64,000 nucleotides of DNA from Bryobacteraceae bacterium (GCA_023384675.1 JAHDVK010000029.1:3778-67777), one strand, 5' to 3'. Positions 33,916-43,917 are shown, counted from the stretch's first letter. Notes: generated by a model not told the origin, from the sequence alone. A program made the numbers and translations.

Positions 33916-35751
33916 ATGAAACTGCCGCACGGCGCCGGGTACGCGATTCTGGCGCTGGGGGTGTCGGTGGCGGCGGGGGTGCTTTCCTTCACGGCTCTGG
34001 CGGCGCAGTTCGACAACAATATCTACGACTGGCTGTTCCGGATGCATCCGGCGGGGCGGCGTTCCCATGAGGCCGTTTTGCTGGCGTTCGACGACCGCAC
34101 GCTAATGGAGCATGGCGGCGTGCGCGGGTTGCGGCGAACGCTGGCCGCGCTGCTAGAGAAACTGGCCGAAGCGCCGCCGCGCGTGACGGCGGTGGATCTG
34201 ACGCTGGCCGACGCGGGCGACGCGCAGGAGGACCAGCGGCTGGCGGCGGCGATGCAGCGGCTGCCGGGGCTGGCGCTGGCGGCCGAGATGCTGCCGGACG
34301 GCTCGGGCTGGCAGGATCCCCGGCCCGAATTCCGCGAGGCGGCCGAGGCGGTGGGCCATGTGCATGCGTTGCCCGGTCCGCTGGATGAGATCAACCGGAT
34401 GATCGCGCTTGAGCGGGCGGTGGGGCGCGAGCGGAGGTGGGCGCTGGCGCTGGAGGCGCACCGGCTGGCGATGGGCGGCGGTCAGGTGATGAGTTCGCCG
34501 CTGGATGTCGAGGCCGGGGGCGTGCGGATTCCGTCACGGCAGGACGCGGGGCGGCCGTTGCGCGTGCATTACCGGCCTTCGTCCGAAGTGGAGACGCTGC
34601 CGGTGCGTGAGTTGCTGGGCGATCCCGCGCGGGCGAAGGCGCTGCGGGGGCGCGTGGTGTTCATTGGCGTGACGGCGCTTTCGGCGATTCCGGACCGGCT
34701 GTTCACGCCGCTGTCGCCGCTTGAGGGGAACCGGCCGATGCCGGGCGTGGAGATCCACGCGCAGGCCTACGAAACCATCGCCAACCGGAGCTTCGTGGTG
34801 GATGCGCCCGCGATCGCGCCGCTGGCGCTGGCGCTGGCGCTGGCCGTCAGCATGGCGGCGGCGTTTGCGTTCACGCCCGCGCCGGCGGCGTATGGCATCA
34901 GCGCGCTGCTGCTGGCGGCGGCGCACGGGCTCCCGTGGCTGACGTTCCTGGGAAGGCTGGTGATGCCGCCGTTCGCGCCGGTGGCTGCGGCGTGGGGGGC
35001 GTTTGGGGTGTGCGCGGCGTTCCAGTTCTTTTTTGTCCGGAGGCAGTTGGCGACGAGCGAGGCGAAGACGGCGCGCTACCAGCAGGCCTTTCACTTCGTC
35101 GCTCACGAAATGCGCACGCCGCTGACGGCGATTCAGGGGTCGAGCGAGATCATCAGCCGCTACAATCTGCCGGAGGAAAAGCGCAAGCAGATGGGCGAGA
35201 TGATCAACGCCGAGTCCAAACGGCTGGCGCAGATGATCACGACCTTCCTGGACGTGGAGCGGCTGACGGCGGGCGAGAAGGATCTGCGGCGCAGCGTGTT
35301 TCCGGTGCAGGAACTGGTCAGCGCGTGCGTGGAGCGGGCGCGGCCGCTGGCCGAGCGTAAGCGCATGTCCATCGATGCCGAGATTGCCGAGGGGTTGCGC
35401 GCGGACGGCGACCGCGAGTTGCTGGAATACGCGGTGTATAACCTGGTGACGAATGCGATCAAGTACTCGCCGGAGCGGAGCGAGGTGCGCATTGTCGCGG
35501 GGCGGAACAAGGATTCGATGCGGATCGCGGTCGCCGACCGGGGCATGGGGATGACGGCCGAGGAGGTAAAGAACCTCGGCCGGAAGTTCTACCGCACGGA
35601 GCGCGCGGAGCGCGCGGGGATTCAGGGTACGGGCATCGGACTGTCGATTGTGCGTGAGATTGTGGCGGTGCACGGCGGGCGGGTGGATGTCGAGAGCGTG
35701 CCGGATCAGGGTTCCACGTTTACGGTTGTGCTGCCTGGGCCGGTGGTGTGA
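33916..35751 (+). CDS. CHASE2-domain sensor histidine kinase
   Basis: The start is set at MKLPHGAGYAILALGV (TM1). The periplasmic CHASE2-like region is followed by 3 TM segments. It has an H-box (FVAHEMRTPLTAIQG), an N-box (LVTNAIKYSP) and G-boxes (DRGMGM, GTGIGLSIV). Confidence 0.8.
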   Translation: MKLPHGAGYAILALGVSVAAGVLSFTALAAQFDNNIYDWLFRMHPAGRRSHEAVLLAFDDRTLMEHGGVRGLRRTLAALLEKLAEAPPRVTAVDLTLADAGDAQEDQRLAAAMQRLPGLALAAEMLPDGSGWQDPRPEFREAAEAVGHVHALPGPLDEINRMIALERAVGRERRWALALEAHRLAMGGGQVMSSPLDVEAGGVRIPSRQDAGRPLRVHYRPSSEVETLPVRELLGDPARAKALRGRVVFIGVTALSAIPDRLFTPLSPLEGNRPMPGVEIHAQAYETIANRSFVVDAPAIAPLALALALAVSMAAAFAFTPAPAAYGISALLLAAAHGLPWLTFLGRLVMPPFAPVAAAWGAFGVCAAFQFFFVRRQLATSEAKTARYQQAFHFVAHEMRTPLTAIQGSSEIISRYNLPEEKRKQMGEMINAESKRLAQMITTFLDVERLTAGEKDLRRSVFPVQELVSACVERARPLAERKRMSIDAEIAEGLRADGDRELLEYAVYNLVTNAIKYSPERSEVRIVAGRNKDSMRIAVADRGMGMTAEEVKNLGRKFYRTERAERAGIQGTGIGLSIVREIVAVHGGRVDVESVPDQGSTFTVVLPGPVV

Positions 35752-37610
35752 GCGGGTGTGTCCCAGAGGGCGCGGTCCTCTGCCCGGACATGCTCGATCC
35801 GATTGAATTCGAACCGCGCCAGGGTCTCCATGGACCGGCCGGGGCCGAATAGATAGCCCACGAATTGTCCGATGCCGTCGAGGGTGAGCCCGAGAGCAAG
35901 AACGGGCGCGGTGCGCAGCAGGAGAAAGCGGCTGCGGCCCGGTTTGAGGAAAGCTCTTACCGCGCGCCAGAAGCGCACGGCGGGAATGAGCGGCGAGGCG
36001 GCGGCATAGAACAGCCTCCGGCGGCGCGGCCAGGCGGCGGCTCTCATGCCGGCGAACAGGCGGCCCCAGAGGAATTGCACGGGCAGCCAGGAACTCCAGA
36101 GAGAGTAGTTCACATGGGCGACGCGGGCCGCCGGTTCGATGCGGAGGGGCATTCCGCGGGAGGACCAATCGAAGTGCAGCACGGTTTCGGACTCGAGCAT
36201 CGCTTCGAGCCGCCCGCCGAGCGCGAGCAGGAGGTCGCGTTTGTAGCTCGAGTTGTGGCCGGGCAGGAAGGAGGGGGAATGCGCCGGGGAGGGTTCCATC
36301 CAGGGTCCGTAGCCGATGAGAAAGTCGGCCCAGGAGACGAGGCTGCCGGGGTTGGCGTTGCGGACTACCGGACCGACGGCGGCCCAGGGTTCCTCATGGG
36401 CACGGATGAGCGCGGCGGCCCATTCGGGTTCGGGGAAGCAATGGTCCTCGGCGAGGGCCACGACGCGGCCGCGCGCACGGCGCACGCCGGCGGCATTGCC
36501 GTGAGCGATGGAGCGGACCGGCCCCACGCCAATGCGCTGCACGGCGGCGAAGGCGGTGGTTTCTTCGGGGGGCGCGGCGAGCGACTCTTCAGACGGTCCC
36601 ACGAGCACGAGTTCGATTTCTCGGGCGGCGGTCTGGGCGCGGAGGCGGGCGACGGTGGTCCGGAGGGCGGGGTAGCCGCGTGTGGTGGTGGCGATCACCG
36701 AAAGGGGAAAGCGGGCTTCGGGGGCGGGCGCAACGGCGGCGGTGGGGAGATCGCGGGCGGCGGTGAGGATGGCGGTCAGCGAGGCAAGGCCGTCTTCGGC
36801 CGTGGCCGCGGGCGCGCCGCCGTGCCGGATCGCGTGAGCGAAGCGGCGCCATTGTTCGTCGTAGGATGCCTTGAAATTGCGGCCATAGGGGCGGACGCGG
36901 AGTTTGGACCCTTCGCCAGTTACTTCCACGTCGAAGCGGTCGCCCGCGATCAGCGAAAGCGTGGCCACGCAATGGACACCGCCGGGGAAGCGGGCTTCGA
37001 GGCGGGCCGATTCGTCGTCTAACATCTGCGATTGGGACTCGGCATTCACCTCTTCCGGCTCGGCATCGAGCAGGAAGCGCCACAGATCGAGCAGATGAGA
37101 GCCGAGGTCGAGCAGCGCGCCGCCACCGGTGGCGCGGCGGCCGAGCCAATCGCGCGCGGAATAGCCGTTGTTCGTGGTCCAGGTGGCGTGAATCGACCGG
37201 ATGCGGCCCAGCGCGCCCGCGGCGATGTGTGCGCGCAGGCGGGCGAAGTCCGCGTGGCAGCGCAGGTTGAATCCCACCGCGCAAACGCGGCCCGCGGCGC
37301 GCGCGGCATCGAGGATCGCGCGGGCGTCATCGGCGGCGGCGGCCAGGGGTTTTTCGATCATCACGTGGCGGCCGGCGCGGAGGGCGGCAACTGCGGCTTC
37401 CCGGTGTTGCGCGGGCGGCGATGCAATGAGCACGGCATCGCAGGGGACCTGTTCGAGCATCTCGCGGTAGCCGGTGAAATCGGCGCGCAGGCCGGGGGCG
37501 GGGTCGGCGGTCGCGGCTACTTCGAATGCGCGGGTGCGGGCAAGAGCGGGAAGATGCAGTTCGCGCGACGCCCATCCGAGCCCGATCACGGCCAATTTGG
37601 GCAGGGCCAT
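35706..37610 (-). CDS. fusion protein: Gfo/Idh/MocA oxidoreductase (N-terminal) + family-2-like glycosyltransferase with C-terminal membrane segments
   Basis: The ATG at 37610 (MALPKLAVIGLGWASR, Rossmann GxGxxG) is preferred over the TTG at 37625. EKP is in HVMIEKPLA. The second half (FPLSVIATTTRGYPALRTT... ALAEDHCFPEPEW) looks GT2-like. Its 3' end overlaps the convergent kinase gene by 46 nt. Confidence 0.7.
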   Translation of the reverse strand: MALPKLAVIGLGWASRELHLPALARTRAFEVAATADPAPGLRADFTGYREMLEQVPCDAVLIASPPAQHREAAVAALRAGRHVMIEKPLAAAADDARAILDAARAAGRVCAVGFNLRCHADFARLRAHIAAGALGRIRSIHATWTTNNGYSARDWLGRRATGGGALLDLGSHLLDLWRFLLDAEPEEVNAESQSQMLDDESARLEARFPGGVHCVATLSLIAGDRFDVEVTGEGSKLRVRPYGRNFKASYDEQWRRFAHAIRHGGAPAATAEDGLASLTAILTAARDLPTAAVAPAPEARFPLSVIATTTRGYPALRTTVARLRAQTAAREIELVLVGPSEESLAAPPEETTAFAAVQRIGVGPVRSIAHGNAAGVRRARGRVVALAEDHCFPEPEWAAALIRAHEEPWAAVGPVVRNANPGSLVSWADFLIGYGPWMEPSPAHSPSFLPGHNSSYKRDLLLALGGRLEAMLESETVLHFDWSSRGMPLRIEPAARVAHVNYSLWSSWLPVQFLWGRLFAGMRAAAWPRRRRLFYAAASPLIPAVRFWRAVRAFLKPGRSRFLLLRTAPVLALGLTLDGIGQFVGYLFGPGRSMETLARFEFNRIEHVRAEDRALWDTPAHTTGPGSTTVNVEP

Positions 37611-37643
37611 TGCTGCGTTTCTCAAGCTAGACTAGAGGGTATC

Positions 37644-38969
37644 ATGACGCCGTTATTGCTGGTCGAAGACGATCCAGCGGTGCGATCCACCATCAGCACG
37701 TTTCTCGAGTTGGAAGGATACGCCGTGGATGCGGTGTCGTCCACCCGGGAGGCGATGGAGCGGCTCGCCGGGAGCCCTTATCCGATTGTGGTCTCGGACA
37801 TTTACATCGACCAGCGGACGGGGATTGACGTACTGAACGCGGCGCGGGCGGCGGATCCGCGGTCGGCGGTGATCCTGATGTCGGCCCGCGGCAGCATGGA
37901 GACCGTAATGGCGGCAACGCGCGGAGGCGCGTTCGATTACCTGGCGAAGCCGTTCGAGTTGGATAGTCTGCTGGAGATCATCCGCCGCGCGGAAAACGCG
38001 GCTGTGCCCGACGAGGAAGACGAGGATATCGATCCCGAAGAGCCGCTGGTGACCGAAATGATCGGCAGTTCGGCGAATTTGGTCGAGATTTATAAGACGA
38101 TTTCGCGCGTGGCGCCGACCGATGCGCTGGTGCTGATCGAGGGAGAAACCGGGACGGGCAAGGAGTTGATCGCGCACATGCTGCACGCCAACAGCCTGCG
38201 CGCGGAGAAGCCGTTTCTGCCGGTGGATTGCGCGTCGCTGGCCCCGACATTGATCGAAAGCGAACTGTTCGGCGCGGTGCGGGGGGCGTTCACGGGAGCG
38301 GACCGCGACCGGCAGGGGGTGTTTGAGGCCGCCAGCGGCGGAACGGTGTTTTTGGACGAAATCGGCGAAATCGACCTCAATTTTCAGCTCAAACTGCTGC
38401 GATTCATGCAGGAGAAGGAGATCCGCCCGCTGGGTTCGTCGAAGCCGAAGAAGGTGGACGTGCGCATTCTGGCGGCCACGAACCGGAACCTGCGCCGGAT
38501 GGTGGAAGAGGGCAAGTTTCGCGAGGATCTTTGGTACCGGCTGGACGTCGTGAGGATCGAGGTGCCGCCGTTGCGCGAGCGCCGCGGCGATGTGCCCTTG
38601 CTCGCCGGGGCGTTTCTGAAGCGCTACAACGCGCGCTACGGGATGGAGGCGCGGTTGACCGAATCCGGCATGCGGGCGCTGGAGGAATACACCTGGCCGG
38701 GCAACGTGCGGCAGCTGCAGCACATGGTGGAAAGGCTGGTGATTCTCGCGCCGGGGGGCCGCATCACCGAGGACGCCGTGGACGACGCGATCCGCTCCTC
38801 CAGTCCGCGCGAGCAGTCGGGCGAGACGCTGGCGGACACGGAGATGGAGCAGATCCGCAAGGTGCTGGCGGCGGCGGGGGGCAACAAAAGCCGGGCGGCG
38901 CGAATCCTGGGAATCGAGCGCAAAACGCTGTACCGGAAGATCGAAAGGATGGGCTTGGGCGGCAGCTGA
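37644..38969 (+). CDS. sigma-54-dependent response regulator (NtrC family)
   Basis: The start is set at [13 protein letters not shown], with AGAGGG upstream. It has a receiver domain (VVSDIYIDQ) and an AAA+ domain with Walker A GETGTGKE. It also has GAFTGA (the sigma-54 contact loop) and a C-terminal Fis-type HTH ([19 protein letters not shown]). Confidence 0.9.
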   Translation: MTPLLLVEDDPAVRSTISTFLELEGYAVDAVSSTREAMERLAGSPYPIVVSDIYIDQRTGIDVLNAARAADPRSAVILMSARGSMETVMAATRGGAFDYLAKPFELDSLLEIIRRAENAAVPDEEDEDIDPEEPLVTEMIGSSANLVEIYKTISRVAPTDALVLIEGETGTGKELIAHMLHANSLRAEKPFLPVDCASLAPTLIESELFGAVRGAFTGADRDRQGVFEAASGGTVFLDEIGEIDLNFQLKLLRFMQEKEIRPLGSSKPKKVDVRILAATNRNLRRMVEEGKFREDLWYRLDVVRIEVPPLRERRGDVPLLAGAFLKRYNARYGMEARLTESGMRALEEYTWPGNVRQLQHMVERLVILAPGGRITEDAVDDAIRSSSPREQSGETLADTEMEQIRKVLAAAGGNKSRAARILGIERKTLYRKIERMGLGGS

Positions 38970-39530
38970 GGGGGTTGTGAAGAAATCCTCGGCTCGCCAT
39001 CGGTCCTCCCCCAGGGCAGTCTGCCTCCAGTTGACGGGTGTGTGCAAAAATACCCGCTGGTAGCGCGTGCCTGCCGGCTGACGCCTGCAGCCGTTACGTG
39101 ATCTTTCTTAAGTGATTTATTTGCAATTTGTTACAGCTGCCACCGTAAGGAAGACACACCCGGTAAGCATTCCGGCCGGCAGCCGATTTTTTCACCCACG
39201 CTGACAGTGGATGCTCATGCAGCTTTGCAAATAGGATAGTTGTGGGCCGGCGCGTTGGGCGGAGCGGGCCGGGATCAGATCCCATTGGTCAGCAGAGGTT
39301 TGCGTGGGCGGAACTGAAGCTCCGCGCGGACTCAAGTCCGCCCTACCGTTGTCCGGGGCCTGCCGAAAATTTCGGATATGCGCATCTGGTTCAGGTAACC
39401 CTTATGTACCCCTAAACGTCTGAATTAATACGAGAGAAATAGCGGCTCCAGATTCTGAAAGCAGGAGTACAATGGGGCTGCCTGAACTCATACGGCCCTT
39501 GTATCTAAACCAAACGGGAGGTCAAAATCC

Positions 39531-39677
39531 ATGTTCGAAACTCTCGACGAACGCATCCAGCAGGAAGCGAAAGAAACCAGCCCCCGCGAGAAGTACATGA
39601 AGTGGGCGATGACGGTGGTTGTGACCGTCCTGCTTTTCGGCGGTTTGTACGTCAGCATGTTGATGATGGAGCAATAG
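39531..39677 (+). CDS. 48-aa tail-anchored small membrane protein (hypothetical)
   Basis: It is not in the ORF track because it is under 60 aa. GGGAGG lies 8 nt upstream of the ATG. The sequence is MFETLDERIQQEAKETSPREKYMKWAMTVVVTVLLFGGLYVSMLMMEQ*, a charged head followed by one TM helix. Confidence 0.4.
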   Translation: MFETLDERIQQEAKETSPREKYMKWAMTVVVTVLLFGGLYVSMLMMEQ

Positions 39678-39942
39678 CTCCGGCATCGCGGCTGCCAGGC
39701 TGCACAAGTTGAAGGCGCCGGCGGCGCCGCTTTGAGGGCGTGGCCGGCAATTGACAAGCGAGATGGAACAGACCGGGTTAACTCCCCGGGTGTGTCCGCC
39801 GGTGGCAGGAGTAAAGCTGTGCTTGTATCCTCGGCGGGACAGGGAGTTGCCTGGTCTGTTCTCTTTTCAGGTCTGAAACTCTTGGTTGAGGAGCGCCGGA
39901 CCTGTCCTGCCCGGCGCTTGCGGGTTCTCGACCCAGGGTAGG

Positions 39943-40437
39943 CTAGAAGGCGCCCTCCGGTACGAGATTGAGCGGACCGAACTGCGCCATCACCATCTTG
40001 ACCGCGACACGGTATTCGGGCCGGGGGTTGTAGGTACGGAGCACGCCGTCCAGGTTTTTGTTACGGTACAGGTGCGACCGGTTGAGCCGCGAAGCGACGC
40101 GGTAGATGCCTTCTCGCGAGGTGCGGAAGCCGGTGTCGCCGTTATCCCAACCAAACATGTTGTTATTGCGGGAGGCCTTGCCGCCGGTGCTTTCCACCAT
40201 GCTGAGCGAAGGCAGCAGCCGCCAGTCCAGGTTGTTCTGGTCGGCGGCAGCCACGAAGTCCTCGGCGTATACGTGCGCCGGGCAGTCGCGCTCCAGAAAA
40301 TACTGCTTGATTCGTAGAAGCCGGGGGTCGGTGGGGGCGGTGACATCGGGGAGCCGGGAACCGGGATCAGCCGTTCCCTGCGCCGCGAGCAACCCGGCCA
40401 CCAGGACCAAGCCTCTCGAGATCGCTTTCGTCATCAA
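39943..40437 (-). CDS. secreted lysozyme-like (glucosaminidase/transglycosylase-like) protein
   Basis: It has a signal peptide (MMTKAISRGLVLVAGLLAAQG). LPSLSMVESTGGKASRNNNMFGW resembles the catalytic-Glu region of FlgJ-type glucosaminidase or lysozyme-like folds. The assignment is tentative. Confidence 0.5.
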   Translation of the reverse strand: MMTKAISRGLVLVAGLLAAQGTADPGSRLPDVTAPTDPRLLRIKQYFLERDCPAHVYAEDFVAAADQNNLDWRLLPSLSMVESTGGKASRNNNMFGWDNGDTGFRTSREGIYRVASRLNRSHLYRNKNLDGVLRTYNPRPEYRVAVKMVMAQFGPLNLVPEGAF

Positions 40438-40765
40438 TACATAACCTCTCTGCTTTGGTGATCCAGTTTCAGATGTTTGCTTTATCTGGCTTCGCCGGAC
40501 AGTGGCGATGACTGCTCGAAATCGAGCGAGGCAAGCGGGGCTTCAAAGCGCCGGTTGCCGTCAGTGCCGGCCGCGTCGTTTGAACGGGCCGGATGGCGGA
40601 TCAATGCGTTGTGCGCATACTGTCATTCTACCATGGAAGGCAGTATTTCCAAGAAGTCTAAGTCATTCATAAATCTGAGGTTATTGCATGAGACTTGCTT
40701 GTCTGATACAGCAAAGGCTGTATTCCGGCCAATTGTGGGACGCCAGAGCAGAAGGCGGGCTCTGG

Positions 40766-42238
40766 CTAGAGCGACCGGAGAAAGGCCAGGAGCGACCGCT
40801 TTTCTTCGGCAGTCAGGCTGAGGCCGAAGGGGTGGCCGGGGATGCCGCGGCGGTCGCCGGCGGGGCCCTTCCAGCCGCCGGGGACATGGTCCGGCTTGAG
40901 GCGCGCGGGGTCGAACATCTCTTCGAGGGAGGCCACCGAGGCGTCGTGAAGCAGTCGGGTGCGGGTCCAGACGCCGCGCAGGGTGGGGATCTTATAGAAA
41001 CCAGTGCCTTTGCGGGTGCGGAGGGCGAGTTCGGGGTCGGTGGCGACGGTAAGATGGACAATGTCTTCGGCGTAAGGGTGATCGGCGGGCGGCTTGAAGC
41101 CCTGGGCGAGCGTCAGTTTGCCGGAGGTGTAATTGGGAGGGGTGTGGCAGGTGACGCAGCCTTCGCGCTGAAAGATTTTCTGACCGGCGTCGCGCAGTGA
41201 TTTCGGGGCGGGATTCGGGTTCCGGGGGGCGTCCAGGGACATGAGATAGACGCCGATGGCATAGAGAACTTCGTCTGCGTAGCGAACCCGGATCTGGCGC
41301 TGTTCTGGGGTGAGGATCTCGTGGGGGCCGAAGGTCATGGGGTCGGCGCCGTTGACGAAAGCGGCATAGCGGGCGAGGTCTTCGGCTCCGCGCATGCGAT
41401 GGGTGGCGGTGGCGTCGATGTAGCGGGAATAGCGGATCACCCGGAGATCGGGAACCTTGGTCTGCGCCCACGGGCTTCCATGGAAGCGGGCGAAGGTGCC
41501 GGGGTCGCCAACAAAGAGGGCGCCGGGGGGGTGGGTCAGCTTTTCCTTTAATGCTTCGACCCGCGGGTCGGGGTTCCATGGGACGGTGTAGGATCGCCAC
41601 AGGGCCTGGAGGAAAGTGTCTCCGGGGAAGAAGCGGGTGTAGGCGAGCGGTACAAGATCGACCCCGGCGGGATTGCGGTCGGTGGGTCCGGCAGGCTCGA
41701 CGCCGGCGGGTCCGCCGAAGTGGACTTTACCGTTGGGGTCGAAATGGACGTGGCAGAGGGAGCATTCGCGCTCGGAAAGCATGACCCCCTGCTCGGTCAC
41801 CACCCAGCGGTTGCCGATGATGCTGCCGTCTGGAAGCAGGTAGGCGTTCTTGAAGGCTTCAGGGTCGCGGGCGCGGGCGATGAGTTTGGGGTCGGCGGTG
41901 CGGAAGAGGAGGTTGTCGAGGTCTTCGAAGGCGCGTTCGCCGGCGGTGGCCCAATCGCGGGCGGAGCGGATTTTGGCCGCGTCCACGAGAGGCTGGGGCT
42001 TCTGCTTCTGGAGCCAATCCCAATAGCCCTTTGGTTCATGGTTGGGATGATAGACGGGATAGGTTTTCAGGTTATCGCCGGGGATGGCGTAATATTCAGC
42101 GGCGGAGTAATGACCGGGGCGGACGCCAAGGGCGGCGATAGGGGTGGCCCAGTCTTTCAGGGCCTCGTCGTCCCAGATGCGGGGTAGTTCGGCGGCGGGC
42201 AGGATCGAGACGAGGAAGAGAAGACCGAGAAAACGCAC
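40766..42238 (-). CDS. secreted di-haem c-type cytochrome (CCP/MauG- or DUF1111-like oxidoreductase)
   Basis: GTG start and a signal peptide. It has two CxxCH haem-binding motifs, CSLCH and CVTCH, about 200 aa apart. 490 aa. Confidence 0.65.
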   Translation of the reverse strand: MRFLGLLFLVSILPAAELPRIWDDEALKDWATPIAALGVRPGHYSAAEYYAIPGDNLKTYPVYHPNHEPKGYWDWLQKQKPQPLVDAAKIRSARDWATAGERAFEDLDNLLFRTADPKLIARARDPEAFKNAYLLPDGSIIGNRWVVTEQGVMLSERECSLCHVHFDPNGKVHFGGPAGVEPAGPTDRNPAGVDLVPLAYTRFFPGDTFLQALWRSYTVPWNPDPRVEALKEKLTHPPGALFVGDPGTFARFHGSPWAQTKVPDLRVIRYSRYIDATATHRMRGAEDLARYAAFVNGADPMTFGPHEILTPEQRQIRVRYADEVLYAIGVYLMSLDAPRNPNPAPKSLRDAGQKIFQREGCVTCHTPPNYTSGKLTLAQGFKPPADHPYAEDIVHLTVATDPELALRTRKGTGFYKIPTLRGVWTRTRLLHDASVASLEEMFDPARLKPDHVPGGWKGPAGDRRGIPGHPFGLSLTAEEKRSLLAFLRSL

Positions 42239-42285
42239 TCGTACAGTATAAGACCAAGTGTGAGGGGAAACTATGGGGATGGGGA

Positions 42286-43257
42286 CTATGGAGGTGTCTT
42301 GTCTTTGTGTTGCGGAATGCCCGGGGCCCGGTAGCCGCTGCGGGCGTGGAGTTTGACGCGGCCGAGGCGGCGGCGGGCGGTGGGGGTGAGTTCGACGCGA
42401 ATGGCGCGCCGTTCGCCTGGTTTGGTTTCAGGCATAGGGTAGTAGAAGCTGTAGCGGCTGCGAAGGCGGTGGATCAGGTTCTGGAAGTCGCGTTCGGGGT
42501 TCCGGGTGTACAGCATTTCGCCGCCGGTGGCCTCGGCGAGCGGGTCCATGCTGGCGCCGTACTTCTGTTCGTGGATGGAGCGGCGGGCGCCTTTGGTCAC
42601 CCCGAGGGGAAAAACGCGCGAGGGTCCGCCGGGCATCCTGAGAACCAGGCCGGTCACGACGAGATCGAGCCGCCAAAGGTCATGGATGACCTGTTCGAGC
42701 TCAGCGCCATGGGGTACGCCGCGGTTATCAGTGATGACGAGGATGGCGCGGCGGCGCGGTTCCGGAGGCCGCATATCGAGATTGTGCCCGGCGACATGGA
42801 TGGCGTGGCGGAGGGGGGTGCCTCCAACGAAGGGGACGTCGCGCACGAGGCGTTCGACGGCTTCGTGGACGAGTTCGTGGTCGGTGGTGAAGGGCAGGAG
42901 GCGGAGCAAGAGGTTGGAGAAGGCGAAGACGGCGACGCGGTCGCCGGGGCGGAGTTCGGCGAGGGCGGCGCGCGCGCCTTCGGCGACTTTGGCGACGCCG
43001 GGCTTCATGCTGCCGCTGACGTCGAAGAGCAGAATGAGATCGAGGGGCTCTTCGGTGTGGGCGAAGTGGCGCAGCGATTGGGGGCGGCCGTTGTCGAAAA
43101 CGAGGAAGTCCCCGGCGGTGAGGGGCGGGGTTGCGGGCGGCAGGCCCTGGAGTCCGGCATCGACGCGCACGAGGCTGACTTCCGCGCGGAAGACCTGAGG
43201 GGTCTCCTGCGCGGGCAGCGGCAGCGCCATGAGGAGAACGGCGGGCAGCAGCCTCAT
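42286..43257 (-). CDS. VWA-domain protein (acidobacterial VWFA-related type)
   Basis: It has a signal peptide and an N-terminal FRAEVSLVRVD segment. The MIDAS motif is DVSGSM in LILLFDVSGSMKPG. The layout matches the acidobacterial VWFA family. Confidence 0.8.
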   Translation of the reverse strand: MRLLPAVLLMALPLPAQETPQVFRAEVSLVRVDAGLQGLPPATPPLTAGDFLVFDNGRPQSLRHFAHTEEPLDLILLFDVSGSMKPGVAKVAEGARAALAELRPGDRVAVFAFSNLLLRLLPFTTDHELVHEAVERLVRDVPFVGGTPLRHAIHVAGHNLDMRPPEPRRRAILVITDNRGVPHGAELEQVIHDLWRLDLVVTGLVLRMPGGPSRVFPLGVTKGARRSIHEQKYGASMDPLAEATGGEMLYTRNPERDFQNLIHRLRSRYSFYYPMPETKPGERRAIRVELTPTARRRLGRVKLHARSGYRAPGIPQHKDKTPP

Positions 43258-43319
43258 CTCACTTCCAGCATAGCCAGCCGGGCCGCTGGTATTCTGAGTG
43301 AAGACTCCCGCACTTATCC

Positions 43320-43913
43320 ATGTTTCTCAAAATTCTGTCGCATCCGGTTTTCGTCAACCTGAACTTTCACATGCCGATGGTGGTCGATCTGCGGCATCCG
43401 CTGATCTTGCTGGCCGGCGAAAACGGCTCGGGCAAATCGACGCTGCTGTGGTCGATCTATTACGCGTTGAAGGGCGAGGCCGTGGACGGCTACGTGTGCC
43501 GCGTGGAGAACAAGCCGGAGATCCCGAAGGTGTTTTTGTTCGACGCCGAGCAGCACAACCCGCGCATGCATCCCGAACTGCTGACCACGCCCGAGATGCA
43601 GGAGTTCGTCCAGATGGCGAGCCACGGCCAGGTGATGCTGTCGATGTTCCGCGAGACGTTTCCAGCGCTGCCCGAGGGGACCGTGCTGCTGCTGGACGAG
43701 CCCGAGATGGCGCTGTCGCAGTCTAATCAGCGGCGCGTGCTGAAGATGATGATGGAGCTGTGCGACCAGAAGAAATTCCGGATCATCTGCGCGACGCACT
43801 CGCCGGTGTTTATCGACGATCCGCAGACCTACGTAATCAACCTCGACAACCACATCAACCGGAATGTGGCCCCGGAAGGCCTTGGCGTCGAGGGGTCGAG
43901 CACGATTCAATAG
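43320..43913 (+). CDS. minimal ABC-type ATPase (197 aa), no transmembrane or substrate-binding partner
   Basis: It has Walker A GENGSGKST, a signature-like ASHGQ, Walker B VLLLDEPE and an H-loop CATHSP. Confidence 0.7.
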   Translation: MFLKILSHPVFVNLNFHMPMVVDLRHPLILLAGENGSGKSTLLWSIYYALKGEAVDGYVCRVENKPEIPKVFLFDAEQHNPRMHPELLTTPEMQEFVQMASHGQVMLSMFRETFPALPEGTVLLLDEPEMALSQSNQRRVLKMMMELCDQKKFRIICATHSPVFIDDPQTYVINLDNHINRNVAPEGLGVEGSSTIQ

Positions 43914-43917
43914 AGCA

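Noticed and set aside
39094-39285. A 63-aa minus-strand ORF in the long intergenic region. The same applies to 39488-39757, 39732-39941, 40477-40821 and 40688-41200.
   Set aside because: They have no SD, poor GC3 and odd composition, and they overlap the better-supported small ORF or neighbouring genes.
39892-39918. The hairpin AGCGCCGG-(11 nt)-CCGGCGCT between the small ORF and the lysozyme-like gene, considered as a terminator.
   Set aside because: There is no U-tract on either strand and the loop is long. It is not convincing as an intrinsic terminator.
38970-40765. Expected sigma-54 promoter(s) near the NtrC-type activator.
   Set aside because: I checked every TGC/GC with a GG 12 nt upstream, on both strands of the two long intergenic regions. 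All candidates were off by 1-3 nt in spacing, so none is reported.
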